Positions 11,803 to 25,194 of a stretch of DNA of 64,000 bases are shown in pieces. The stretch comes from Octopus vulgaris (lineage: Eukaryota). The notes under the pieces were generated by a model, which saw only the letters and a program-made list of their open reading frames with translations, did no database searches and had not been told where the DNA came from. A program made the position numbers and the translations under genes. The stretch is from assembly GCA_951406725.2 (NCBI GenBank), contig OX597825.1, forward strand, positions 7,316,001 to 7,380,000, given 5' to 3'. Every line of letters begins with the position of its first letter. The first letter of the stretch is position 1.

Positions 11803-12527
11803 TTTTGTTCTTTTTCTTATTATCGTTATTATTACTATTACTATTATTGTACATTGTTAGAGAAAGGCAATATGAATCTATCACAGTGTAAAAATAATTG
11901 CATGAAAGGTAAAAGGTAAAAACGGGTCCAGTTCTGTTCTGCAAGTGAAAGAAGATGGATTTAAAGAAGAAAGAATATTGCTAACTAAAGAACCAAAAGA
12001 ATTGTGTAAAATGTCAGAGAAATATGAGATTATTTTAGCGAAACTGAGATATATCGATATTTGATGGCCTTGTTTTGCCGCCTTCGAATTTTTCGCGCTA
12101 TTTGTGTCGACAGGTTGATACCATCTCAGGTGGAACACCTAATCTGTTTACTTTTCGCAGAGTTCTAAGCTTGTATGTTTATTAAAAAAAAAAAAAAAGC
12201 TAACCCTTATATTTAAATTCCACGTTACGGAAGAGGTGCGTTCATAAATATATTGTCGTAACGTGGAATCAATGTGAAATGTTACGTATCAGATAATAAT
12301 TTTTCGGATTATTAGCGTCATCTTTAGAGTGGAAATATTTTCTAATATATCTGTATAACAGTTAGAGCAACAATTTCACCTCCGATCGATCACAGTACTG
12401 GACTAGATTCCAACTAGTTATCTACAATCTTAACATAATATAAGGCTCTTATAACCAATCTACATTACATGTAAGTTCATAGATTAGTAGTTTAGTTCAT
12501 AAGGGCGTTAATATTCTTAGTTCAGAC

Positions 12528-12749
12528 GCGCGGCGAGCTGGCAGAAACGTTAGCACGCCGGGCGAAATGCTTAGCGATATTTCGTCTGTCTTTACGTTCT
12601 GAGTTCAAATTCCGCCGAGGTCGACTTTGCTTTTCATCCTTTCGGGGTCGATAAATTAAGTACCAGTTGCGTACTGGGGTCAATCTAATCGACTTCCCCC
12701 ACCCCCACCCCAAATTTCGAGCCTTGTGCCTAGAGTAGAAAAGAATATT
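12528..12749 (+). mobile_element. SINE family B, full-length monomer with TSD
   Basis: Head cggcgagctggcagaaacgttagc and B-box gagttcaaattcc. Flanking repeat aatattcttagtt(c/t)aga at 12510-12526 and 12744-12760. Confidence 0.9.
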
Positions 12750-13941
12750 CTTAGTTTAGAAATAAAGGTTTTTTTGTTTGATTCCTTGTAGAGACGTGTA
12801 AGTTAGTGGCTAAGGATGTTAGGCTTACGATCATAAAGGAATTTATGTTGCTCAGGTTTAATCATCCGTAACATCGTTGAGTCAACGATAGTGGTGTTGG
12901 TGGGGGGAGGGGAGCGAAATGTCTATACCTGCTCGTAAGTACATAATTTGCGAAGCTATGATACAGTTTACTAAGCCATACCCGCTCGTGAGTGACGGCT
13001 GTTTGTACTACTCTACTGAATGAGTTCGAACCCATTGTGGGTTTCATGTAAATATCCAAGAAGAAGAAAGCTACTAAAAAAATTATGAACGTGTAAATAA
13101 CATCTCTCCTCAGATATTTGGACTTTTAAGCGAGTAGAATATTTTTGAGTAAGCTCAGGAGGATGAGATACAATATCAAACGACCCAGACGAGAATTGAA
13201 ATCAGAAAGAGGCAAAATTAATTTCAGTAAGGCATTTATTCCAAATCTTTATGGAGTGTACCCCACCCCAGAGTCTCCAGGTTTATTTTTATTTTCGATA
13301 AAATCTTTCTCCATTAAGTGATTGAACAACAAACGAAACATTTTAAGGTGTAAGTCAAGCTAAGTGGTAACATTTTAAAGTCAGAAAAGCTGAAAAACAA
13401 ATGCGTCAAAAAATACAACAAAAATGGCTTTGGTGTAGAAGCAATTTTTCATTTTTGTCATTTTCGTAATTTTACCTTAAAGGAGAAAAAAATAACTAAC
13501 ATTTTACCTTTATGTGTTGCCGATAGATGACTTGTGTAAATATAAGCAAGGAAATTCAACTTACCTGCAATGGAAAACAAAAATCAAATGTCATTGCTTT
13601 TACATCAAAATAAACACATCATAAAATACATACATGCATGTGTGTATATGCGTGCGTGTGTGTGAGTATGTGTGCGTGTATATGCTTTTGTGTTGATATA
13701 TGTTTGTACACCGGCGTTTCTGCAGGTGCTTGTGTTGCTTCTGTTTATGTGAAAATGTTTGTTTGAGAAAGTGCACGAGTTTGTGTTTTTTTGTGAATTT
13801 GTGTAGTTCTGAGTATACACGCTTGTTTGTTCTATTCAGGCGTTCAAGGAATAACAAAATCTGTGTGTGTGTGCGTGTGTGTAGGCATAATCATGTCTCC
13901 ATCACCGTCAGCATCACCATCGTAGCTCTACTCATCCTCCC

Positions 13942-13942
<1 letters not shown>

Positions 13943-13976
<34 letters not shown>

Positions 13977-13978
13977 GA

Positions 13979-14046
<68 letters not shown>

Positions 14047-14235
14047 TAGTTTTGTTTTTATAGCGTGCTTTCATTTCACTACCGAGCGCAGCTCTGTGTG
14101 CCTTGGGTATGTGCTGTGATTTGTTATGATGCTCTGATGGTTATTGTATGGAAAGTGTTCTGCTTAGGATGTGTGCAGTGCCTAGTAGTGCAATTTTCTG
14201 TATGTTATCTGTGTTTGTAAGTCCTGGTGTTTTTG

Positions 14236-14295
<60 letters not shown>

Positions 14296-14389
14296 GTTAT
14301 TATTAATATTTTTTTTGCTATTATTATTATTATTATATTATTATTATTATTATTATGATTTTTATTGCTATTATTATTATTTATTATTA

Positions 14390-14442
<53 letters not shown>
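13943..14442. repeat. (TTA)n arrays interrupted by a LINE fragment
   Basis: Direct inspection. Confidence 0.95.
14043..14237 (-). mobile_element. 5'-truncated R4/Dong-type non-LTR retrotransposon (ORF C-terminus + 3' UTR)
   Basis: 14233..14141 (-) encodes KTPGLTNTDNIQKIALLGTAHILSRTLSIQ*, matching the R4/Dong C-terminal 'QK..LLGTAHILR' motif. Flanked on both sides by (TAA)n. Confidence 0.8.
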
Positions 14443-14446
<4 letters not shown>

Positions 14447-14954
14447 TTTCGAGCATACAGTTGTCTCTCAAAGATAGCTCCAAGAATATTGGATAATTAC
14501 CAAGTTGAATTGTAAGAAATATCTTCGCTTTTGGATTATTTTGCAAACAAGGAACTTCGAAACATTTCGACGTCTTTCCCAAAATCTTAAGTAGACAAAA
14601 CATGTTTTTTTTTCCCAAAAACCTTCCTTGTGTTTGCAGTCTATTCATTATGGCTTCTTCTACTAGAGAGTGATAGTAAGAAATATTATTAAGAAAGGAA
14701 GTGGTACCGGACATGGCTCCCCACGGACGAAAATTATGAAATAGATTTCTAATATACGAACACGGAATGATTGTTAAAGAGAATAATAAATAGATAAATA
14801 GATAAACAGAAACACTAACAATGAAATAAATAGACTTACAAGGATGAGAAGACGATCACAGTTTGACACGCGAAGAATTAAATGTTCATGAAACGAACGA
14901 GAATATTATCAACAACAACAACAGAAACTTGTGCAATATTAATAAGAATACCAA

Positions 14955-15178
14955 GACGGTGGGCAAGAAGGACCGTTAGCACACCAGGAAAAATGCTTAG
15001 TACAATTTCTACTGTGTTTACGTTCTGAATTCGAATTCCTTCGAGGTCGACTTAGCCCTTCATCGTTCGGAGATCGATAAAATAATTACCAGTTGAACAC
15101 TGGGGTGAATGTAATCGACTTCCTCCTCCCCCATCCCAAAAATTGCTGGTTTTGTGCCAAAATTTGAAATCAGTATTA
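14955..15178 (+). mobile_element. SINE family B (diverged); further decayed piece at ~15290-15390
   Basis: cgttagcacacc..cgttctgaattcgaattcc..gaggtcgac..ccagttgaacactgggg..tgtgccaaaatttgaaa. Confidence 0.75.
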
Positions 15179-15397
15179 ATAATGATGCTAACAAGGACTT
15201 CTATGCTAGCATCATTCCTTCCGGAATAATGCTAGCAAAACAAAGGTGATCTTTGAGGGATTTTGTTCTGTGGTCAAATCTTAACAAAGTGAATTTCCTT
15301 CCGGGGTTGATAACACTAGAACACCAGTCATGTACTGGGATCAATGTAATTGGCTAACCCCATCTCCTAAAAAGAGTCAGAAGCCATTATTTAAGGC

Positions 15398-15441
<44 letters not shown>

Positions 15442-16724
15442 GCATACTCACACATGTATACCAATATGTATGTGCATACATAAGTGTATAAAAATACATA
15501 TATCTACGTGTGTATATTTGTGCATATATACACATACACACATGCACACATATATATATACACTGGCAAATATATAAACAGGTCTATATATATGTACGAG
15601 AATATATACATACGTTGCACTCACACACATATATGTATACACATACACATACGCATAAATGCATACACACACATTCACACACATGCTCATACGTACACAC
15701 ACACAAACACATGCACACACCAAATTCATTTCTTCCTCTTCTTCGTTCTTAGAATCCAAATATTTATTTCATATGTTAAAACAAATCCGCCTTCGCCGTG
15801 TTCCTGTGTTGCTAACTATGTTTGTTTTGGGATCTGTAATCTGTATCCTTATTTTAAAGGTCTCTCGCGAAGTAAACCTCCCTCATATGCCTGTTTAGTG
15901 GGAAAATATTTAGAATTACATAGAGGTAGATCTTCTGCGGTGATTCTTATGTAAAAAATACCAACTAATATGATTAACGCATATGAACATCACTCCTATA
16001 GATAGAAACACATGTGTTTTTGTGGAATATCTTTGATAATGTATCTTCCAAATGTGTTATATTCAGTTGTAGCGGTTCATCCAGGTTTTAGTATCATAAC
16101 CTTTTCTGACGACCTGGTTTCCTTTTCGCACTATAACTAATTCATTTTACTAACGCTGCTAACGTACTTGAAATATATCGCATCAGTATGTATTATTTTA
16201 GTACATGGTCTAATCTATAAGGATGTATCTTAGTGTTTTAATATCAAGTGATTAGCGATATACTTAGATGAAATATCAATAGGTTACGTTTCTTAATTAT
16301 TACTAAGTTCCGATTAATTATGCAAACTGGACGTCATTGACAGCCATGTTGTAAAATGGATGAGTGGTGTGTCATCTACAAAACAAGGCTCCAAAACTTC
16401 TGTGATCTCTAGAGAGGAATAGAGCAACAGCTAACCACTCACAGAATCTGTCTTCACTCCTAACTACAACTAATTCATTTCATTAACATTCATAATGTTT
16501 TTGAGGAAGACTTGAATGTCAAATCCTCTCATACCACTTCTCTATAAACTTGTGACAGCCAGACGTGGTACAAATTAAAAACAATGGCGAAAATCTTTTA
16601 ACCTATACACCAGTTCTTGGTTACTAACCAATTTCACTTTTCAGCCGGTAATCCAGCATGGCCGCAGCTCCCGAGTTGAAACTAGTAAAATGAAAATGTC
16701 ATTTTAATGCAGTGAGTACGCTTA

Positions 16725-17122
16725 GACTAGGCCCGTTCACTGGGGTCATTTATGCTACATTCACCAACCTTTTCGCAAAATTGCTGGGCGGCAGCATTTT
16801 CCTCTCCCCTCACCTTCCTTTCAGGTGAAACTTGAAAAAGCTGATGAGGGCTTGGCCAAAGAGTAAAATATCTGCCTTTAGCCTTTTCAGTCTGGCCCAC
16901 CACAAAACCTCTTTCGTTAAGGCATCCAGACAAAGAAATACTGCTTGCCTTTTCTGGCCAAAGGAAGACTGTGGAACGATTTTCACGATGGAATTCGGCC
17001 CTAGCCGGATCTATCCTACACGCAACAGCAGGTATTCGATATAAACCCACAAGTCAATATTCAGGAACTGGACGAGAGCGTGCAGAACAGTTTCGTCGCT
17101 CTATGCGCATCTCGGGCAAGCC
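16725..17122 (-). mobile_element. Tx1/L1-clade LINE ORF2 C-terminal fragment, pseudogenic
   Basis: Minus strand reads ACPRCA*SDETVLHALVQF..LWVYIEYLL..VFLCLDALTKEVLWWARLK..GQALISFFKFHLK. Homologous to 7761-8282. Confidence 0.8.
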
Positions 17123-19160
17123 ACCCTCCTATCTTCTCAGTTAGGCGACGAAGACGACGCCATTTAAATTTTAGTCTATATTTCGAAAAGAATTATTTTC
17201 CTTTCGAAATTTCGCCCCTTAGGGCAAATAACAATAACTTTTGCTCTTACAAAAAAAAACTAGACTTATAACAATGAAAACAAGTCAATAACTCACGGAG
17301 CATTCGCGACATGTCTCGTCTTGGCAATAAACAGCAACAACAACAACAATCATAATTATTCAATTGTTTAGTTTTATGAGAAATACAGTATATCTTTTTT
17401 TTGGGTGTTAAAAAAGCTTATCTTTGAGTTGTCACCTACTGCAAAACCTTCACCCAACGAAAAAAGTAATGTAGTTAAAATGAAATTACTAAAGATTAGT
17501 ACAAAACCTCATCTCAAAAACATCACTATTTAGCCTGTAACTCTGATAACAGATCATAGAAAGACTTAATGATAACCTCTCCATCACTGGTCGGGCTAAG
17601 AATCGCAACCACAACCTCTTTTGATTGTAACAAGCATCGTCACTAACTAAATTTTATTCGTCCAAGATTCGAAAATATACTCTTTGTGTGTAGTCTGGGA
17701 ATGTGAAATGTTGCAAAATGGTTAACTTTGAATTTGGGGCTCGGACATAAAATGAATATAACATTGGCAAATATTTGCAAATGATTTAGTCATTATCTTC
17801 TCTTGTATTAGTACAATGTGTAATGAATTAATTACATTAGACATTTCATGCATAATAGAAACTTGAAAATGATATTAAAAAATTATAATCAAAATAGGAT
17901 TTTGAATTAACATCGATTCGCATAACCAATTTCCGACAAGTTGAAAGAAACGTTTCTTTTTAGTATGAGAAAGAAAATGAATTCTAGTAGCACTTGAAGT
18001 ATTGGTTATTTAGTTTCGAAGAAATACGTTTCATCCCAGGAAATTCTTATTAATCAAATAAATGGGCGGGAAGTGTTGGAATATCCTATCAGATTTGTCT
18101 TTGTGTTTCAAATCCTACTTTGTCCTCTGGGGAAAGCATTTACGTATTTAGCATAACTGTTGACAGAGCAGAACTTCGACGCAGACATGGCTCCGGGCGG
18201 CGGTTCCTTTCCAGTAATCAGAACAGTTCATTATACACACTTGAACTTGGTCTTTTAAGCATTTAAAATAATATATATAGCTGTGCAATGTTTGGTAATC
18301 TTTCAGTCATTAATCGATGTTGAAACTCTTTCTTAGTTACATTAAGTGCTACTTCTTTCTTTATTTTTGTTGCGATTATGAAACACCGTTCCTACTTCTG
18401 GATTCGAACCACTGTCCGTTCTGTCTGTAAACGTGAACAAAAACGTGAGAAAAACACATAAAAGACTGGTTACTGACAAATTATTTCTCTGTTCACTGTT
18501 ACGTCTACATACTTGGTTTTATCAGGACAAAGCGGGATTGAATATAAAATAACAAATCAGATAAGGGTTTTCATCACAACCCGCCTTCCTACTTGATTAA
18601 TAATAAAGAATTTCCGGGAAACTAAATAGACTATTCTTCAAGTGTTCCTACACTTCATATTCGTTCCCATACGAAAAAGTTGTTGTCGTAAATTAGTTGC
18701 TTGAATCAAAGTAAATTGACTCAAATAATTTTATTATTTTTTAATATCATTTTCAAATTTCTATTATCTTGTGGACGCTCGACGTAATTACTTCATTACA
18801 GAACGTACTAATACGAGAGAAGATAACGACTAATATGAAATATTGTGTTCGTCTTCTCTTCCAATCCTAAATTTGAATTTAGTCAAAGTGCAGCACATCA
18901 CACATATACGTACATAAGTATCTGTGTATATGTATTTATGTATGTGTATAGATATGCGTATTTATACAAATATATATATATACGTACATAACTATATACA
19001 TACACCTCCCATCTATCTATTTATATATATATTCACGTATATGAGTAAATGTTTATCCATCTATATATGTATATATATATTTATGTATGTATATATATAT
19101 ATGTATGTATAGCATATATATACATGTGCGTATATTTACGTATATGTGTATACATAGATG

Positions 19161-19222
<62 letters not shown>

Positions 19223-19319
19223 CATATTTGTAATTATATGTATATACCCATGTATATCTATCTATCTTTAAAATTTGTAGGTACTTCTATAGAATATCCG
19301 TAGAAATAACCGTAACAAA

Positions 19320-19386
<67 letters not shown>

Positions 19387-19489
19387 GTCTGTCTGTTTGT
19401 CTGTCTGTCTATCTGTCTATCTATCTGTTTATCTATCTAAATATATGTGTGTGTGTATGCATTTATATATGTGTATGTTTGATACTCTT

Positions 19490-19720
19490 ACCACGATCGA
19501 ACAGTCCGGCATGTTGCTATAGTTTACTTAATGCACCACCAACCACCCTCAGTGTTGACTGGCCGAGGGTACACAAAATCTGGATCAACGATGTTGGACA
19601 CGTATTACAAAACCCTTCGACAGAATACAGTGTGCACATCCTATGACCATGGGCGGAATGCATGCCTAACCATGCAGTATTTTACGGACCTACAGAACGT
19701 AATCGTATGGTCTTACCTTT
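19490..19720 (+). mobile_element. decayed RTE-like LINE 3' end
   Basis: Frameshifted WPR..HKIWINDV....L..DLQN..VW pattern resembles RTE C-termini. Confidence 0.3.
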
Positions 19721-19757
19721 GTGTAAGCCAAAACAAATAATCTACTAGTGTCTATGC

Positions 19758-20101
19758 CAGTGGTTCAGGAGTCCATATAACACCTGAGGATCCATATAAG
19801 ATTCTGGGGGGGGGGTGTTCACATCACAAAGCAGTAAATAGAAGGCCCACAATAGTATTTTAAGGCCCCCTGAAGAAATTTTGCTTTAGATATAAGTGTT
19901 AGTATGTATTGTAACTAAGAACTAGGATTCTTCCTCTTGGAAGTTCAACCTACATAAATTATTTAAAAAAAAACGAAGTAGGAATTTTGAAAGCAGATTC
20001 TATAAAACTAGTTTTTGAACATTGAATGGTTATAAGGGTCCACCAGAATAAAATAGTAAGCATTGGGGTCCATAGATAAAAAGAATGGTTAAGAACCCCT
20101 G
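19758..20101. mobile_element. hAT-like MITE
   Basis: Termini cagtggttc / gaacccctg, internal g(g/a)(g)tcca subterminal repeats, and an imperfect 8-bp flank (gtctatgc / gcaaatgc). Confidence 0.55.
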
Positions 20102-20649
20102 GCAAATGCGAAGGCTTTAGATAGACCTAATGGTGTGCACAAGCGGGTATATGGTGGTAACTTGTAGCAGTGTTTGTGGCCATGTACCATGACGGATAGG
20201 CCAGGTATGTTTGAGTAGGAGTGTGGGCCTGTGCTCGCGTGGGAGCATTGACGCTTGTATGTCAGCGGGTGGTGTGTGTTTGTGGGTGCGTGAGACTAAT
20301 TATGTGTTGGGAGTGAGATGTATGAGCAAGCGTGCGTGTGTGACGCGTGTGTTTCGGGGCGCGTGGTGGACAACCTGCCGATGCTGCCCAGAGGATTACA
20401 AGATTGTTTATGGGTCTAAAATTCCAGACAAACGTGTGTGTCTAAGCGGACGAAATTTGAAACTGATACCTTGAATCTGTCAGTAACCGACCTATTTTCT
20501 TAGTTTTACTTTCTGATATACACCACTGACTGTTCATAATGTAGTCGCTATCATACTTGCTATTAATGTTGTTGTAATTGTTGTTGTTGTTGATTGTACG
20601 TCGCCATAGGCTTATTTCATTTTCCGCTCTGCACTCTACAGGGTATATA

Positions 20650-21104
20650 CAGGGTGGCCCAAAAGTAGGCTTACAGTTATCAAGTAGGCACTTTAAATTT
20701 CTTTTAAAGCATTTTATTACATTTAAATTTCATATCTTACATATGGCGTAGTGGTTAAGAGCGCGTGCTACTAACCCCAAGATTCCGAGCTCGATTCTAG
20801 GCAGTGAGCTGAGTAATAATAATAATAACAACAACAACATCGAAAAATACCTTAGGAATGAGAACCCAGGTTCGAAATTTCCCCAAGACACTTGATGAAG
20901 GCTGGAAGGTATATCAGCTGAAACGTTGTGTTAACAAGAAAAAAGATGAGGACAAATATCCGTCAAATGTAAATAATGTTCTATATTACAATTAACGAAA
21001 TTAGCATAGAATAATAATGGCTTCATAGTTTTTCATAATTAAGATCTAAACTGTTAATATATGAATGCCAAAGAGATAGGTGAATAACTGTAAACCTACT
21101 TTTG
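20650..21104. mobile_element. Tc1/mariner-type MITE interrupted by a family E SINE
   Basis: TA-cagggtggcccaaaagtaggcttacagttat on the left. The right TIR remnant ataactgtaaacctacttttg (21084-21104) matches 20/21. Confidence 0.7.
20741..20980 (+). mobile_element. SINE family E (second copy) with hammerhead-like 3' module
   Basis: Same head as 8288; gacac-TTGATGA-aggctg gaaggtatat cagct-GAAA-CGTT-gtgtt at 20887-20932. Confidence 0.8.
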
Positions 21105-21449
21105 TATGCGTGTGTGTGTAAACATGCACGGAGGGGAGGTTTGGCCACCAACGTCCTCCTTTCATCGGCCGTCTATCTGCCTGTCTGTCTGTCTATCTTT
21201 TCTTAACTCCATCTACTGCTAATACGCATTATTACTCTTTATTCTATTATACCAATTGATATCGAAAGCAATTTGCAGAGCTGGAATATGTTATGGCGCG
21301 CATTTGCTGAAAAGGTCAGGGAAGTGAGTCGATTGTATTATGTTATCTGGCCTATTGACTTCCTTGTGTGTGTGTGTATGCATGCATGAATGGATGGATG
21401 TACGTCATTATTCAATTTTATGTCAAGATTTCTTGCCAGTAGAGAGCCA

Positions 21450-21590
21450 GTTTCTCTCTTTGTTTCTTTCTGTGGAAGAGCGTAGGTTCGAAACTTAAAG
21501 ACTTTTTCACTTCCCGGGAGTTATACTAATACATCTGTTTGTTGTCTACACCGGCTGTCTTCGTCTTTTGTTTTTTTTTGTGTGAATTCT

Positions 21591-21593
<3 letters not shown>
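21450..21593 (+). mobile_element. Penelope-type terminal-repeat fragment with variant hammerhead motif, abutting (TA)n
   Basis: tcttt-ctgtgga-a-gagc gtag gttc-GAAA-ctta-aaga. The same family occurs inverted at 61315-61470. Confidence 0.5.
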
Positions 21594-21650
<57 letters not shown>

Positions 21651-21787
21651 CGTCCCTTATATATATATATATATAGAAATAAGCATTCTTGACTGCTATT
21701 TCTATTTTTCGTATGTGAACTGTGCGGTAATCGGCTATACCGAATTCTAAGTAAATAATTGGGGTTTTTTTTAAAAGCCTTATGAAA

Positions 21788-21826
<39 letters not shown>

Positions 21827-22073
21827 ATAAATAAAATATATGCATACATACAAACATATATGTACGTACCTACATCTACATGTATATATACATGCATATA
21901 TAAATAATTATATGTGAGTACAGGACACCACAATAAGACGTAGAAACGGGAAAAACAAAAAAACAAAAAAAAAGAAAACGAAAAAAACAGTTACAGGACG
22001 AGCTACACAAGGAAAAAACCCCCGTCATCAGCTGTCGCTAAGTAGACTCAAGCATGTTTCGAAGGCAAATATT

Positions 22074-22106
<33 letters not shown>

Positions 22107-23580
22107 GTGTATATATATATATGTATGTATATAATGAGGGACACGTGTGTTTGTATGTTTGTGTAACTTTATTGACTAATAGTCGTTATAAATATTGGTC
22201 GTTTCGTTAGTAGATTTCTCCATTCAAGAGAGAGGGTAAAAATCACGCAGGGCGTTAACACAAGGTGTGTCGGATTAGTTCACGTATTAGGCTTGATGGG
22301 CGGCAAAGGAACGCCGCACACTCCCACAGTGTGAGAAAGAAAAGAATCAGAAACGAAGGAGAGGAGTGGAAAGGAGGGAAAGGTGGAAGATGATGAGTGG
22401 GAGGAGAAGGAGGAGGCGAAAAGGGTTTGTAGTATTTTTATCTAGCAATGAAAACCTATTTTCCTCATATGCTGTTTAAGATGATCGTTAGCAGAATAAT
22501 ATTATTATTTTTTTGCATTAATCACCAGAGTTTTCGCTAACTTAATAATTTATGGCAAAGTGTTCCAAATGAAAATTCCATTACTGTTGCTACAATAATA
22601 TTTAGACACTTCAACCACCATGCTGGTATCGGAAAATAAATATTTCTTGATACGAAACTCCCGTATATACACGCATGGTAGGTGTGTTTATACTTGCCGA
22701 TTCGATCGTATGCGACAACCTGCGAATATTCAACAGGTTCATATCGTGACAGAGACTTTCTGTTGAGTTTCTGGTGGAAACCTTTCATGTCTACCCATGT
22801 GTGTATGTGTGTATGTATGTATATATGTATGTATGTATGTGTGTATGATGTATGTATGTAACTTTATATATTTATATATATCTCTATCTATGCATACATA
22901 TAACACACACATACACACACACACACACATCACAATTTACGGTGTAATCCCGTGATACAGTAGAACCATACGCTGGTGCTGACAAGAAGTTCGTCTATTG
23001 ATATAGTCTGTGCTTTTTAGCCTTTGTTCTCAACAGGAAATGCTTTCCCAGGACATTCCCCGCTGTCTAAAGAGTTCTAAATAACACATCCCAATTTAGG
23101 CTGGATGTGGCTGTAAATAGACAGAACTGAAGGCCGAGCTAGCGACGTATATCTGCCGAATATTTTGCCTCCAAGTCTAGTCTTTATGAGAGAGAGTTAG
23201 CTTCTGTTAAACTGTAAAACGTTACATGAAAATTGTGTCTTCCGTAACTAAGATTTAGTGAACACTTACCATTATTTTCGTCGAAATGTTTGCTTATAAC
23301 TTTGTGTATTGTAAGTAATCATCATTATTGCCTGCGTTTTTATATTGCCGAATTCCATTTTATTTTGTTTTATATTAGAAAATTATAAAACACGTAAAAG
23401 ATTGTCTTGCCGAGTAACGAAGTACGTTCAGGTGCCGTGTGAAGTTTCGATGTTGAAGTTAAGGATAAATTACATCTTCAATTCGATCTTGTTCTGGTTG
23501 ACTAAAATAAACCCAGTCTCTTATCAATGGTTACACCTTTAATTGCGTTGGGTGGATACCCAGTTCGAGATGATGGCTCT

Positions 23581-23646
<66 letters not shown>

Positions 23647-23798
23647 ACCATTGGTGATTGCATAGTGATATATTTAATTATAAACATTGGATTTGTATAA
23701 AGAAGAGGCGAAATTCAAGAACAACAACCGTAATTTTATTGCAGGTGTTTTCTGTTGGTTATTGTATACCATTTATAGTGTCTATAAATGCATATACT

Positions 23799-23838
<40 letters not shown>

Positions 23839-24197
23839 CAAACGTCGATTTTGCTTTGCTTAGCTCTCATAAGAAACAGAAAAGAAACTCGTGGCATACG
23901 CCAAATCAACGCCTTTCAACAGGCAATAACTAAAGGCTGTCGTCTCCCCCATGTTGTAATAAGAATGTATTAATCCTAATAGAAAACTGGGAATCCAGGT
24001 GAAGAGTGAGTCTGCTGCTGAAATCGCCGTATCATTCATTGTTTATGAGGCCATCGCTGATAAGTTAAAGAAAGTTTCTTACTTCTTTCATCACCAACCG
24101 ACCAGGAAATTCAACTTGCTTGAAATAACAGCCAAATCTGCTTCACTCAAGAACGTAGCTACCGTTTTCAAATATTAGGATGTATAGCACAATATAA

Positions 24198-24581
24198 GGA
24201 TTTATGACATCGTTCGTGAGTTTGTACTGGTTTTAAGGTTTTAGAGATAGGGATAGGGTTTTAGGGTTAGGGTTAAGGTTTTAGGGTTGGGGTTTTAGGG
24301 TCGTCATAAATAAAAGTGACAAACGAAATATACACCGGTGGAAGTTCTTGTTGACAAACAACAACAGTAATTTTATTCAGCTGAATACACGTCATTGATT
24401 GGTTGAAATTACCGAAATACGAGAAATTTAACGTGAAATAACTTCATAAATATAAGTTTTTCTCAAAAATGCTAAGACTAAAAGATGTTTTATATAACAC
24501 ATTCTACCAGTGTCCAAAGTTTGAAAGTGTTTAGTTACAAAAAATTATGTTTTAAATCTGTCGGTCAAAAGGTAAAGATCC
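24198..24581. mobile_element. non-autonomous DNA transposon with 8-bp TSD carrying telomere-like repeats
   Basis: TSD caatataa at 24190-24197 and 24582-24589, termini ggattt.. / ..gatcc, and internal degenerate (TTAGGG/TTTTAGGG)n at ~24230-24300. Confidence 0.65.
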
Positions 24582-25194
24582 CAATATAATCTGTACATTA
24601 TATCATGACTGCGATGCTTCTATCACGACAAGTTCTGGGTTTAAACAATAACAATTGAATTTATTGCTTCGAGCGAATATTTTCTTTGTGTACAAATAGT
24701 ATTCAATCTCTGAGTGAACTTGGATCATATTCCACGTTTCTCCTGCATAAACTACCGTTGGAAGTACAATCTCAATACGGTTACAAGATAATCTCGATAC
24801 AGAAGCAAGATCTCGATACGGTTGCTAAGCCTATATCTTGTTTAGTTTGAGAAAATGGTGAAATCCAGCGCTAATTTCCAGAGGTGAAAGAGACGGTGGA
24901 GAGTAGGATAGGAAAATAGGGGTGAACTAATATCGGGCTGGTCCATATCTTGTTTATTGTGCAACACACCCGATTTGGGAGTTAGCATCTGCTTTAGTAC
25001 TCTTCTCTGTTACAATTGTGTTACCCAGGTAGATGACGTTAATGACGTCTACAAGTTCTTGATTCACTAGAATTCGCCTGTCTCATTGCCCCCTGGTCTG
25101 CATGAAGCTCACCTACAGGGGACGGAATCACCCATTTTGTAGTTCAGAGAAGAGCCAATATGTACAACTTGCAAGAGACTGTAGTGGAAAAAAG

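Noticed and set aside
11906-12064. ~52-codon Lys/Glu-rich open frame on the plus strand
   Set aside because: No start or splice support and no recognisable homology.
24230-24300. True telomere or chromosome-fusion scar
   Set aside because: Short, degenerate, single-orientation repeats lying inside a TSD-flanked element.
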